Source: Octopus bimaculoides
Lineage: Eukaryota
Length of the DNA stretch: 64,000 nucleotides
Assembly (NCBI RefSeq): GCF_001194135.2
Contig: NC_068991.1
Coordinates: 20,847,389-20,911,388 of the forward strand
Reading direction: 5' to 3'
Part shown: piece after piece, positions 13,165-26,640 of the stretch
How positions within the stretch are numbered: the stretch's first letter is position 1
Layout: each line of letters opens with the position of its first letter
Position numbers and translations under genes: made by a program
The notes under the pieces: model-generated
Databases searched by the model: none
The model's input: only the letters and a program-made list of their open reading frames with translations
What the model was told of the DNA's origin: nothing

Positions 13165-14652
13165 GACACACACATATATATATATATATATACATATATA
13201 TACATATATATACACATATATATATATAACTAATTAACTAACTGATGTTGAGGATAACAGCAGTCGTAGTGGTGGCCAGGACTGGATTAACTATAAAACA
13301 AAATCAGCACGTGTTTAGTGCAACAAGAGAAAAGCAGGTACTTGGGAACCGGATTTATATTCCTCACGGTGCAAATAGTGCAGCTGAATTTGCAGTTTTT
13401 CTTGTTCCTCAAGGGACAAGTAAATATTTTGCATATATTGTTACTGCTATGTAAGGTAATTGAAAAGAACAAAAAAAAAAGTCATATTTAATATATTTAG
13501 GGGAGAGGGGTCAGAGAGGTCTGGTCTGGTCTGGTCTGGTCTGGAAGAAAATTGAGTGTTCAATTTATAGTTTTGCATTCAGCTGTTATATCTCAACCCT
13601 TTTGACACCAATCTGCTTGAAATAGTCCCCCTTCACCATTGTCCCCGCTCAGTTTTCGTGAAACAAACTTCCTGCCTTACCTCTTTACCATTCAGATTAC
13701 ATTGACCAATGTAATGTTTATTTATTCACATTGCTTTCAATAAATCATGCAATTACCTCATAACTCTGAGATTTTGATGGTGCGATAGTTTTTATTTTTA
13801 TTCTTTTATTCTTTGACTTGTTTCAGTCATTTGACAGCGACCATACCGGAGCACTGCTTTGAAGGGCTTTAGTCGAATGAATTAACCCCAAGGCTTATAT
13901 TTTCTTTAAAGCCTAGTACTTATGCAATCAGTCGCTTTTGCTGAACTGCTAAGTTACGGGGATGTAAACACACCAACACCAGTTGTCAAGCAGTGTTGGT
14001 GGGGACAAACACAGGCTACAAAGACACACATACATATATATACATATATGTATACATATATATAATCATTATCATCATCATCATCATCATCATCATCGTT
14101 TAACGTCCGCTTTCCATGCTAGCATGGGTTGGACGATTTGACTGAGGACTGGTGAAACCGGATGGCAACACCAGGCTCCAGTCTGATTTGGCAGAGTTTC
14201 TACAGCTGGATGCCCTTCCTAACGCCAACCACTCAGAGTGTAGTGGGTGCTTTTACGTGTCACCCGCACGAAAACGGCCACGCTCGAAATGGTGTCTTTT
14301 ATGTGCCNNNNNNNNNNNNNNNNNNNNNNNNNNNNNNNNNNNNNNNNNNNNNNNNNNNNNNNNNNNNNNNNNNNNNNNNNNNNNNNNNNNNNNNNNNNNN
14401 NNNNNNNNNNNNNNNNNNNNNNNNNNNNNNNNNNNNNNNNNNNNNNNNNNNNNNNNNNNNNNNNNNNNNNNNNNNNNNNNNNNNNNNNNNNNNNNNNNNN
14501 NNNNNNNNNNNNNNNNNNNNNNNNNNNNNNNNNNNNNNNNNNNNNNNNNNNNNNNNNNNNNNNNNNNNNNNNNNNNNNNNNNNNNNNNNNNNNNNNNNNN
14601 NNNNNNNNNNNNNNNNNNNNNNNNNNNNNNNNNNNNNNNNNNNNNNNNNNNN

Positions 14653-14701
<49 letters not shown>

Positions 14702-16637
14702 ACATATATATATATATATATGTGTGTGTGACGGGTTTCTTTCAGAGCCCGAGGCTATAGTAGAAAACACTTGCCCTAGGTGCCATGCAGTGAGACTGAA
14801 CTCAGAACCATATGGTTGGAAGGCAAGCTTCTTACCACAAAGTCACACCTGCAACACCTGCACATAGAATGATAATTGCAGGGTAGGTGTGAGGGGCCAG
14901 ACCCAGCTGGTTTCAGCACAGAACAGGTAGAATATTTGGGCCAGATATGGCCAGTTTAAATGGCCATATCAATTCAGTTGATAATGACTATATTACTTTA
15001 CTAAATTCTTCTTTCTTTTCAAAATGATTAGAAACAGCGTCAATGTATTTCAATATAAATATAGCAACAAAAATGCTAACGACACGTCAGCTATATGACA
15101 GAAGGGTTCCCATGCTTAGGGCATCAGTTGGCCTTACTTCAGCCTTAGTATAGTAATTGTGATTACAAAAAAAAAAACATTTTGATAAACATATTTTAAT
15201 ACTCTGTGGAGGTGCATGGTGTAATAGTTAGGATGTTGCAACTCACAAACTTGCAGTCATGGATTTGATTCCAAGATTAGCAGTACATTGTATTCTTGAG
15301 CAAAGCATTTCATTTTATGATGCTTCAATCTACCTAGCTGTAAATGGGTTACCCTGCAATGGACTGGAGTTCAGGGGAGTATATCCCAAGTGTCCTAGGT
15401 GTGAGCTGCATTCCATCAAAAATGGAAAATTCACCATAAATATTAACTTTACTTGGAACTTTTTGTTGAAACTCTGCTTGAAATTTGGTCGCATTGGGCG
15501 TGACAACACACCCAATACGACAACCACCACATGCCACTGCTAGAGTTCCATTCACAGGGAATGTTGGCCAGCATGCCTTCCCAGCTGGCAGAGTGGAATC
15601 ATTCGAAAGCTACAATGCGAGGAACCACATTGTGACCATCAATGTATAACAACATTTGATAATCTTAGTCAATGTAGCGATTCAGTGATTTTGATACTCT
15701 TTTCTCAGTACTGAGTACTTGTTTTTATACTTCCTTTTTACACCAAAGACTTTACATTTGAAGTGCTTACGTGTGTGTTTGTGTGTGTGCGTGCGCATGT
15801 GCATACGCGCATGCGTACATGTGTAATATTTCATAAAATTATATACTTAATCTTATCAGTTATTTGGCTAAATATACTTATAGATCCATAAATGTAACTC
15901 TCAAGTGCCGTAAATTAGTAATACATTGGGTTGAGCGTTTCCTCAGTTAAAAGATTAGGCTTCAATAGATAAAGAAAGAAAATTGTGCAAATGGAAAAAA
16001 AAATATTGGTATCAAGAATAGAGGGAAAAACTAAAAGTGTAGAAAAGAACAGACTGCACTAGGTAGACAAGGTATACAAATATACAAAACAGCAACCAAA
16101 TAGTGGTGAGAATCACAACACCTCCTGTGAGAAGAGACTTGACCGAATGACTATAAACAGTAGCGATCTGAGTGAGGCAGTGTAGGCATTAATCATACAA
16201 AGTCAAAAGGTGTCATTTTGGTAGTTTGTTGGAACATCGTTTGTTGGTTCATGTATAGTTTGCACGGAGTTTGTTGGATTGTTACATTGTTGTTAACCCT
16301 GCTCTGTTATATGTTTTATTGTTACTACAATTATAGTGTAAAAAAGTATTGTTATAAATAATGGCGATACTACAATAACTGGCGATGAGTAACTAAGTTA
16401 TAATAATATATCAAATGATTATATACAAAATGATAACAAGCAGATGAACAGAGGTATGTCTGTCTGAATGATTGCACCTATTTGTTTGTGTGTGTATTTG
16501 CGTGTGCTTTAGAAAGAGAGGTTTTGATGTGGGTGAATTTTCTGGGTCATCCCTTCCACACACACACACACACACAAATACCAGTTTGTTCCACCCCTTC
16601 CCTCCCAGTATCACTTCCTTACCTCATCACATTAGAA

Positions 16638-16674
<37 letters not shown>

Positions 16675-17471
16675 AACTACCATTAGATTGTTACAAAAAG
16701 TGTGGTCACGTTGAGCAATTACATAGAATTTTTCTCTCTTCTCCTACCTTATAACTCATAATTTAGTAGGTTACATTTAACTTAGTGGCTTGATACATAT
16801 TGCTTTTGATACTGCTGTTTAAACACAGGTTACCCATGACTAAGAAGACCTATGGTCAAATGTATTCTAGCAATGACCAATGAGTAGTGTATATCTAAGC
16901 TTACAATAGTATGTGTCAACATTTATATTATATAATTGACGAAGGGAAACTACTTTCTCGTCAAAAGAAGTTAATAGGTTGATCTACAGAATAAACTCAT
17001 CTTTTCACCAGATCCATACTGCAAATGATAACAGCTGTTCAACCTAAACCCACAAATTGACAATGACAAACTGAAGAGATGTCTACTAAAAAGATATATC
17101 ACATGTTTGTTATTGGAAAGAATCAGTTGCTAGTGGCTTTAACAAGAACATGCCTGTAGAGTTTATCTTGAAAAGGTTAAGACGCTCTACAGCAATACCA
17201 TACCAAGGATGTTTGGCAATTGTCCAAAATCCCTGATGTGAAAGTACTCATGGCTACTCAGAATCACTCCTGCATTGTTATTACCCATACCCTCTACAAA
17301 ATGAGGGTTGATATTCCACTAACCATACAGATTTGCTGACAGAGAGCCGTGAGTACCTGGATATACAGTAGATGTCCAATACCCAGCTATGGTCTGTTCT
17401 TCACCCAGGACTACATCTTGGTCAAAGAGATGAGCTACAGGATGTGTCACACAAGCATTTATAACACTCAG

Positions 17472-17825
17472 TTTACCAATGTTGTGAGCCAGGAACCTCT
17501 AGACATGCCATGCGAGTGTGTCATCGGCCACAGCATATGGACTTTCCTGACCACAAACATTGACCACAAACATCGTGTCACACAAACACTGACCACAAAC
17601 ATTGTGTCGCACAAACAGTTGTTACACTTTGTTTAACATTGTTGCGAACCAGGAACCTCTACAGACATATCATACCAGGGTGTCATTATCTACAGCATAG
17701 GGCCCTTCCTGACCACTAACAATGTGTCAGACAAAAACTGATCACACTTTGTTTACCATTGTTGTGAGCCAGGAATCTCTAGAGATGTCATGCCAATATA
17801 TCATCAACTACAGCATCCCAAGACA
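17472..17825. repeat. Degenerate tandem repeat, about 120-160 bp unit, about 2.6 copies
   Basis: TTTACCATTGTTGTGAGCCAGGAACCTCTAGA-like unit starts at about 17472, 17632 and 17752. The first unit has an internal duplication. Confidence 0.75.
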
Positions 17826-19049
17826 TCCTATCTACCCCACCACTTGCCACCCACACGCAGGGTAACTGTTGGCAGCATTCGGACCTTCATGACTGGCAGT
17901 ACTTGTCACTTCCAGACGAAACAAAACAGTGAGCACACCAAACAGGTCAGAAGTTTCCATGCACAAGGTACAATTGTCAGGTGGTAATACATCACCAAAT
18001 AATTAACACCCATCATGTCACCTACATTAGTTGAAAATATTCAATTCGATAATTCCCACCAAGCAGTAACGACCGCGATAAGCACACTACAATGATTTCA
18101 CCCTCTTCAGCCATCATCTCTTCCTACTCTCTCATCTCTTCATTGATAGTGTTTCAATTTGAAGTATTCTCTTCAGCTGAATAATCAAATTTTCAATAAA
18201 ACAGCCAGGGGGGAGGAGTCACAGTCAAGTGAAAATCGGCTTCCATCTGCTTAGTCATCAATGCTCCCATCGCACCTCAACCCCCACATCACTGATATCT
18301 ACATGTAAGACCTTCCAGATCAAAGTATGAATACCCCACCGCGTGTGTGTGTGTATGTGCATGCACATGTATTTGTGCATGTATATATACACGTGTGAGT
18401 GTGTGTGTTTGTGTGTGTGTTCACACATATACATAAGCACACACCCACACATAGACATAACATTTTCACTGCTAGTTTGAATGCAGTAATAAGACAGACA
18501 ACCCCGATGGCTGCCGCGAGATCAAAGAGAGCAAAGCGTTAGTCTAGATATGTATTGTAAAATAAACACTTGAGAGATGAAACCAATAATTACAAATAAT
18601 TATAACCTCGTTAACAACTTGTTTCAGATATTTAAACATGTAATACAGAATTATATCCTGCTTCTCTTTAACCTGGCTTGGTTTGTCATTGTAATCAGTC
18701 ATAACCAAGTAACTACAGCAGCTGTAAAGTAATTGTCATCTACATAATGACATGATGCTTACATAAGATTCTTATTTTAATATTTAACCCTTTTCAGGTG
18801 GTGAGCTGACAGAATCATTGGCACACCAGACAAAGTGCTTAGCAGTATTTCATCTGTCTCTCTTTTCTGAGTCCAAAATCCACTGAGGTCGGCATCGCAT
18901 TTCATCATTTCAGAGGTTAATAAAATAAATATCAGTCAGGTACTGGAGACAGTGCTGGATTAACCATAAAGCAAAATAAGCAGATGCTTAGGACATCAAG
19001 GCATGGGGGCATCACAGAAATGAAAATGGCTTATGGCATGAAAGAAATC

Positions 19050-19175
19050 ACTTTAAACTTGCTAAAACAATATTCGTAATGCCTTGTCTCTTCTAAGTAT
19101 AGAATCACAAGGTTCATGTAAAATTAATTTTAACGATATCATTGAAGATTTTGCAATTAACAAAAAAAAAAAAAA
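19050..19175 (+). pseudogene. hAT-family transposase C-terminal dimerisation-domain fragment
   Basis: LKLAKT..RNA..LLSIESQGSCKINFNDIIEDFA resembles LKLIKTYLRS.MSQERL..LAILSIE....IDFDDII..FA. Confidence 0.5.
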
Positions 19176-20631
19176 AAAAAAAANNNNNNNNNNNNNNNNN
19201 NNNNNNNNNNNNNNNNNNNNNNNNNNNNNNNNNNNNNNNNNNNNNNNNNNNNNNNNNNNNNNNNNNNNNNNNNNNNNNNNNNNNNNNNNNNNNNNNNNNN
19301 NNNNNNNNNNNNNNNNNNNNNNNNNNNNNNNNNNNNNNNNNNNNNNNNNNNNNNNNNNNNNNNNNNNNNNNNNNNNNNNNNNNNNNNNNNNNNNNNNNNN
19401 NNNNNNNNNNNNNNNNNNNNNNNNNNNNNNNNNNNNNNNNNNNNNNNNNNNNNNNNNNNNNNNNNNNNNNNNNNNNNNNNNNNNNNNNNNNNNNNNNNNN
19501 NNNNNNNNNNNNNNNNNNNNNNNNNNNNNNNNNNNNNNNNNNNNNNNNNNNNNNNNNNNNNNNNNNNNNNNNNNNNNNNNNNNNNNNNNNNNNNNNNNNN
19601 NNNNNNNNNNNNNNNNNNNNNNNNNNNNNNNNNNNNNNNNNNNNNNNNNNNNGGCATCGTATGTGTGTCTGTGTAATGGGGAGGGGGGGGAGATAATGAT
19701 GCAAAATAAACAGATGTAGTCTCTCTCTCTCTTTCTATATATATATATATATACATATAGGTGCAGGAGTAGCAGTGTGGTAAGAAGTTTGCTTCCCAAC
19801 CACATTGTTCCGGGTTCAGTCCCACGGCATGGCACCTTGGGCAAGTGTCTTCTACTATAGCTTTGGGCTGACCAAAGCCTTGGGGTTTTATTCTTGTCCT
19901 TTTTTTTTTTTTTGCAGAGAGCATGACAGTATATCTTGGACACTTGTCCATGTAATTTTGCTCACCATGTTCTAAAATGGTTAGCCAACATCACTCCATA
20001 GTGAGCTTAGGGCTGGTGTCCCAATTCCTCTGGTGTGTACATCACTCCTTGGACAGGATGCCAGTCTGTTGCAGGATTACTCATTTTTCCCAGTTGAATG
20101 AACTGGAGCAATGTGGAATGAAGTGTTTTGCTCAAGAACACTGCATCACATGGTGCAGGTATCGAAACCACAATCTTACAATAATGAGTCCAACACCCTA
20201 ATTTGAGGAAGGGCTAACTGATATTTCTAGCAGACCAAGCAACCACAAAGAGGTTCTTTTTTGTAAACCATTTCATTATAAGAAATTTTGAAGCCCACAT
20301 TTTTTCCAGCATTTGATCAACTTTCACTCCCATCTCACTGAGAGATAAGCCCTCAAAAGGGATAGCTTCAAAGGCCTAGCATAATAACTTCCTTTGTACT
20401 GATAGAATACCAGTCAAATAATGAGGTTCATTGCTCTCTCTCTCTCTCTCTTGCTCTGTATGTCTGTCTGTCTGTCTTTCTCTCTCTCTCTCTTGCTCTG
20501 TCTGTCTTTCTCTCTCTCTAATGTATGTATTTATATCGTTGTCATCAGTCAGGATTACCTATGAGAAAGACCATGGGGTATCACACACAACAGCCCTTTT
20601 TCCAGAAATGAAGAAGAGGTGTACAGGGATC

Positions 20632-20863
20632 TATTGGGTTGCCCGGAAAGTTCGTGCCGATTTTTAAAGGAAAGAAAAAAGTCAATAAATACTTGCCGTT
20701 ACATTGTTAATCAACCAAATACGAACCATTTTGTTGCACAATGAGTCTCCATCTTTCCTTTAACTTGAAAATACCCTCTTTCCAGAATCGAGGTGGTTTC
20801 ATGGCAAATAAGTCGAAAGGTAAGCTACTATGAATCGGCAAGAACTTTCCGGACAACCTAATA
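20632..20863 (-). mobile_element. mariner-derived MITE (internal-deletion derivative) with TA TSD
   Basis: TIRs TATTGGGTTGCCCGGAAAGTTCGTGCCGATT and its near-perfect reverse complement. The interior encodes the mariner C-terminus FWKEGIFKLKERWRLIVQQNGSYLVD*. Confidence 0.9.
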
Positions 20864-23800
20864 GTAACCCCATCTCTTGTCTGACATTGCATCAATATGA
20901 TGTACAGTATCAAACAATACTCTTTTACCTGTTTCAGTCCTTTTGACTGCAGCCATGCTGGAGCACCGCCTTTAGTCGAGCAAATCTACCCCAGGACTTA
21001 TTCTTTGTAAGCCTACTACTTATTCTATCGGTCTCTATTGCCGAACCGCTAGTTGACAGGGACATAAACACACCAGCATCAGTTGTCAAGCGATGTTGGG
21101 GGGACAAACACAGACACACAAACACACACACACAAACATATATACATATACATATATACGACGGGCTTCTTTCAGTTTCCGTCTACCAAATCCACTCACA
21201 AGGCTTTGGTCGGCCTGAGGCTATAGTAGAAGACACCTGTTCTCAGGAAATACAAACCAATTTGGAATGGTGGAAAAGAAGACATCAAAACAAGACTGGC
21301 AAGACATTTTCTTTGATACAATAGCTGCAATTTTGCAATACCTTATTTATTTTCTCAATCACAGCTAAATGACAGCAGATTTTTACTTTCTTTAATTTGC
21401 TCTGTACATCTGCAAGCCAAAACATTGTTAGTTATAGATTTCTAATAGATCAATCACAGGTTCATAGGAGTTGCTTTATTCAAAGAAACTTTTCACTGAG
21501 CCGTATTTATCAAGTGGTGAGTGTTAGCAATTATATAAAAAAGAGAAAAAAAAAACAGCCCCACCCATGATATTATGAAGAAAACTTACATTAACAAGTT
21601 ATAAAAACAAATAGTTGTGCTACAGCCTAACCCTAACCCACATTGGAAATATGTGTTGTGTTGGCACTCTGTCGCTTACAACGTTAAGGGTTCCAGTTGA
21701 TCCGATCAACGGAACAGCCTGCTCGTGAAATTAACGTGCAAGTGGCTGAGCACTCCATAGACAAGTGTACCCTTAACGTAGTTCTCGGGGATATTCAGCG
21801 TGACACAGTGTGACAAGGCCGACCCATTGAATTACAGGCACAACAGAAACAGGAAGTAAGAGTGAGAGAAAGTTATGGTGGAAGAGTACAGCAGGGTTCG
21901 CCACCATCCCCTGCCGGAGCCTCGTGGAGCTTTTAGGTGTTTTCGCTCAATAAACACTCACAATGCCCGGTCTGGGAGTCGAGACCGCGATCCTATGACT
22001 GCGAGTTTGCTGCCCTAACCACTGGGCCATTGCGCCTCCTCACATGAATATAAAACTAATAATCACAATAATGAAGATGTATTTTTCAATACTGTCTAGA
22101 TTAAGGGGCAGACCTAAACAAGCAAGCTTATGGTCAAAGGTGTTACAGTTATGTCCATTCTTCTCTTTATGAGAAACTGCATCTAAGTCAATATTATCCT
22201 TCCTTTTATAAGTTGGGGCATGGCTCAGTGGCTAGAGCATCGGGCTCACAATCATGAGGTAGTGAGTTCAATTCCCGGACTGTTGTGTTCTTGAACAAGA
22301 CACTCTATTTCCCGTTGCTCCAGTTCACCCAGCTGCAGAAATCGGTTGTGATGTCACTGGTGCCAAGCTGTATCGGCCTTTGCCTTACCCTTGGATAACA
22401 TTGGTGGCATGGAAAGAGGAGTCTGGTATGCATGGGCGACTGTTGGTCTTTCGTAAACAATCTTTCCCAGACCTGTGCCTTACAGGGTTACTTTCTAAGT
22501 GCAATCCTATGGTCATTCATGAGTGAAGGGGGTCACTATAATATGAATTAAGAGAAACTTGATTTTTATTCCTGCAAGGGAGAGCAAATGGGCAGAAAGG
22601 GTCATGTGGCTATGACACTGTCAACATATGTGGTTACAACATTGGTGTAGACATAGAACAAGGCAATGATCTGGTCGAATTATTACTACATCAGACAAAA
22701 TGCTTAGCAGCATTTCATCTGTCTTTATGTTCTGAGTTCAAATTCCGCCAAAGTCAACTTTTGCTTTTCATCCTTTGGAGTCGATAAAATAAGTATCAGT
22801 TAAACACCAGGGTCCATATAATTGACTTCCCCCTCCTCCTCCGAAAGTACTGGCCTTGTGCCAAAATTTGAAACCAATACAGGTGTAGATGCTGTTGTTT
22901 AACCCCTATGTCAGTTCTCATTGAACATATCTAAGATGATGACTGTTCCACTTGATTCCATCAACAGAACAGCCTGCTCATGAAATTAACATGCAAGTGG
23001 CTGAGCACTCCACAGACACGTGTACCCTTGATGTAGTTCTCGGGGAGATTCAGCATGACACGGGATATGACAAGGCTGGCCCTTTGAATTAACGGCACAA
23101 GTCATTTTTGTCAGCTGGGTGGACTGGAGCAACGTGAAGATAAAATGTCTTGTTAAAGGTCAAAACGTGCTGCTAGATATCGAACTCACGATCTTACCAG
23201 GCATTTTATTTATTTATTTATTTGTCAAATATAGTATATTTAAACCTTTGCCTGTCCTGTGTATAATATGTGATTCACATAATACACATTCCTGGTTTTT
23301 TTCCAACAACCAGAGTAATCTGGGACTTATGAAAGGAAAGGTCTATATTACTCAGAACATATGACACAAGGGATAAGGTAGTAGAAAAAAAGGGTGTGTG
23401 GTAAGTAGCTTGCTTACCAACCACATGGTTCTGGGTTCAGTCCCACTGTGTGGCACCTTGGGCAAATGTCTACTACTATAGCCTCGGGCCGACCAAAGCC
23501 TTGTGAGTGGATTTTGTAGACGGAAACTGAAAGAAGCCTGTCGTATATATGTATATATATANNNNNNNNNNNNNNNNNNNNNNNNNNNNNNNNNNNNNNN
23601 NNNNNNNNNNNNNNNNNNNNNNNNNNNNNNNNNNNNNNNNNNNNNNNNNNNNNNNNNNNNNNNNNNNNNNNNNNNNNNNNNNNNNNNNNNNNNNNNNNNN
23701 NNNNNNNNNNNNNNNNNNNNNNNNNNNNNNNNNNNNNNNNNNNNNNNNNNNNNNNNNNNNNNNNNNNNNNNNNNNNNNNNNNNNNNNNNNNNNNNNNNNN

Positions 23801-25589
23801 NNNNNNNNNNNNNNNNNNNNNNNNNNNNNNNNNNNNNNNNNNNNNNNNNNNNNNNNNNNNNNNNNNNNNNNNNNNNNNNNNNNNNNNNNNNNNNNNNNNN
23901 NNNNNNNNNNNNNNNNNNNNNNNNNNNNNNNNNNNNNNNNNNNNNNNNNNNNNNNNNNNNNNNNNNNNNNNNNNNNNNNNNNNNNNNNNNNNNNNNNNNN
24001 NNNNNNNNNNNNNNNNNNNNNNNNNNNNNNNNNNNNNNNNNNNNNNNNNNNNNNNNNNNNNNNNNNNNNNNNNNNNNNNNNNNNNNNNNNNNNNNNNNNN
24101 NNNNNNNNNNNNNNNNNNNNNNNNNNNNNNNNNNNNNNNNNNNNNNNNNNNNNNNNNNNNNNNNNNNNNNNNNNNNNNNNNNNNNNNNNNNNNNNNNNNN
24201 NNNNNNNNNNNNNNNNNNNNNNNNNNNNNNNNNNNNNNNNNNNNNNNNNNNNNNNNNNNNNNNNNNNNNNNNNNNNNNNNNNNNNNNNNNNNNNNNNNNN
24301 NNNNNNNNNNNNNNNNNNNNNNNNNNNNNNNNNNNNNNNNNNNNNNNNNNNNNNNNNNNNNNNNNNNNNNNNNNNNNNNNNNNNNNNNNNNNNNNNNNNN
24401 NNNNNNNNNNNNNNNNNNNNNNNNNNNNNNNNNNNNNNNNNNNNNNNNNNNNNNNNNNNNNNNNNNNNNNNNNNNNNNNNNNNNNNNNNNNNNNNNNNNN
24501 NNNNNNNNNNNNNNNNNNNNNNNNNNNGGCTGAGCACTCCACAGACACGTGTATCCTTAACATAGTTCTCGGGGATGTTCAGCGTGACACAGTGTAACAA
24601 GGCTGACCCTTTGAATTACAGGCATAACAGAAACAGGAAGTAAGAGTGAGAGAAAGTTGTGGTGGAAGAGTACAGCAGGGTTCTCCACCATCCCCTGCCA
24701 GAGCCTCATGGTGCTTTAGGTGTTTTCGCTCAATAAACACTCACAACGCCCGATCTGGGAATCAAAACAGCGATCCTATGACCGCGAGTCCGCTGCCCTA
24801 ACCACTGGGCCATTGCGCCTCCTATCATGTCACTAGAGAGGATGCATACAGTAGGACTAAAGAGTCCTCTCCATTCTGTGTTATGTGTATTTGTTTAGCA
24901 TTACTGTTCTCCTAGACTAGTTGCAAGCACAGTCCTCAGTCATTACTTCTTAACACGACAGTTTTTAGAGCAAGATACCCTGAGTGAGATTGACTGAAAT
25001 GATGATGAACTATTACACACTTTCAAACACAGATGCATCTGAATAGTACTGTCAGAGAACAGGTTGGATATGCATGACTGTTTTATCATCATCATCAGCA
25101 TCATCATTTGAGATCCATGTCCTCTGCTGGACAATTCCTGACATTGAGTAAAAGAAAATACAGGAGGATCAATTATGATTTCATCCAATATATTCCCCTC
25201 TCAGATTCACACACTTATTGCAATAGTCCATCAGTTTTCCTAAGCTCTGTAAAAGAACTCAGAAGGTTGGGCATCCAACAAGGTCTTTCATGATACCCTT
25301 AAAACAAGGAATTTTACAGCAACCCCCCTACCTCGTATATCATCATCATCAATCAGAATTAGCTATGAAAAGGGTCATGGAGAACTATGCACAACAACCT
25401 TTTCTCCAGAAATGAAGAAGAGGGCTTCAGGGAGGTAGTAACCCCATCTCTTAGTAAGAAGGACTGCTATGCTACTGGATCTGTAGCATAGCAGTTTTAT
25501 GGCTAGATGCCCTTCCTAATGCCAGCTGCATTACAGAAAGTACTGGGTGCTTTTTTTTCTTTTGTGCTACCAGCACTTAATAGTACATA

Positions 25590-25983
25590 ATTGTTGTTGT
25601 TGTTGTTGGCACTCCATCGCTTACGACATCGAGGGTTCCAGTTGATCCGATCAACGGAACAGCCTGCTCGTGAAATTAACGCACAAGTGGCTGAGCACTC
25701 CACAGACACGTGTACCCTTAACGTAGTTCTCGGAGATATTCAGCGTGACACAGTGTGACAAAGCTGACCCTTTGAATTACAGGCACAACAGAAACAGGAA
25801 GTAAGAGTGAAAGACAGTTGTGGTGGAAGAGTACAGCAGGGTTCTCCACCATCCCCTGCCAGAGCCTCGTGGAGCTTTAGGTGTTTTCGCTCAATAAACA
25901 CTCACAATGCCCGGTCTGGGAATCGAAACCGCGATCCTATAACCGCGAGTCCGCTGCCCTAACCACTGGGCCATTGCGCCTCC
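25590..25983 (-). mobile_element. SINE family B copy 116 nt into TRIP11 intron 4
   Basis: Full-length reverse-complement copy of the 37156-37530 family. Confidence 0.9.
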
Positions 25984-26098
25984 ACATAATTATAAACTAT
26001 TAAAACTAAAACACAACCAAGGTAAATAAAATTAAATATAACTTAAGAAAAATATTGGTAGGAAAAGACAAGAAAACCTCAAAGTTGCACCAACTTAC

Positions 26099-26231
26099 CA
26101 GAATTCCGATTTGAAGAATCCGGATAAAATGAAGATTCTAATGGAGGCGATTTTTGGTCTTTAGATACAACAGAGTTGATATGGGCCTCTTGGAGTTCAT
26201 GGTTCTGTTGCTTCAGCAGCTGGTTTTCCTT
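26099..26231 (-). CDS. TRIP11: TRIP11 coding exon 4 (KENQLLKQQNHELQEAHINSVVSKDQKSPPLESSFYPDSSNRNS, phase 1 end)
   Basis: Acceptor TTTTCAG|, donor TG|GTAAGT, 133 nt. The phase 0 start fits exon 3. Coiled coil followed by an S/P-rich linker, like human VEISHLKARQ... Confidence 0.8.
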
Positions 26232-26609
26232 CTGAAAATTAAATTGGAAAAAATACAGATTTCTTACTTTGTCACAACCCTGCACACCTGTAGGGGAGGA
26301 GACGTACAGGTTTTAGAATTAATTTTGCAGTATGGCTGAGATAACTTATTTTGGGAACATCATTATCATTATCATTGTCATTTTAACATCCATTTTTCCA
26401 TGTTTGCATGGGTTGGACGGAGTTTATTATGGCATATTTTCTATGACTAGATGCCCCTGCTGTCACCAACCCCCAACTGTTTCCAAGTAAAGCAATATTT
26501 CCCTCTTTGCATGGTATGACAGTGACACTAACAACTATCACGTGGTGATCAAGACAAAGAGACACAAAGACAGATACACAAACTGAAATATTTATATACA
26601 TCTATACAT

Positions 26610-26640
<31 letters not shown>

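Noticed and set aside
12466-13237. Long Pro/Thr-rich and Gly/Ser/Val-rich ORFs (also 2426-2719 and 56299-57248)
   Set aside because: Trinucleotide low-complexity tracts open in several frames on both strands, with no splice context or domain.
21342-21409. Phase-compatible candidate for TRIP11 exon 5 (DVQSKLKKVKICCHLAVIEKINK)
   Set aside because: No similarity to the expected DDMDFGD/EINRL region, so most likely chance splice-like sites.
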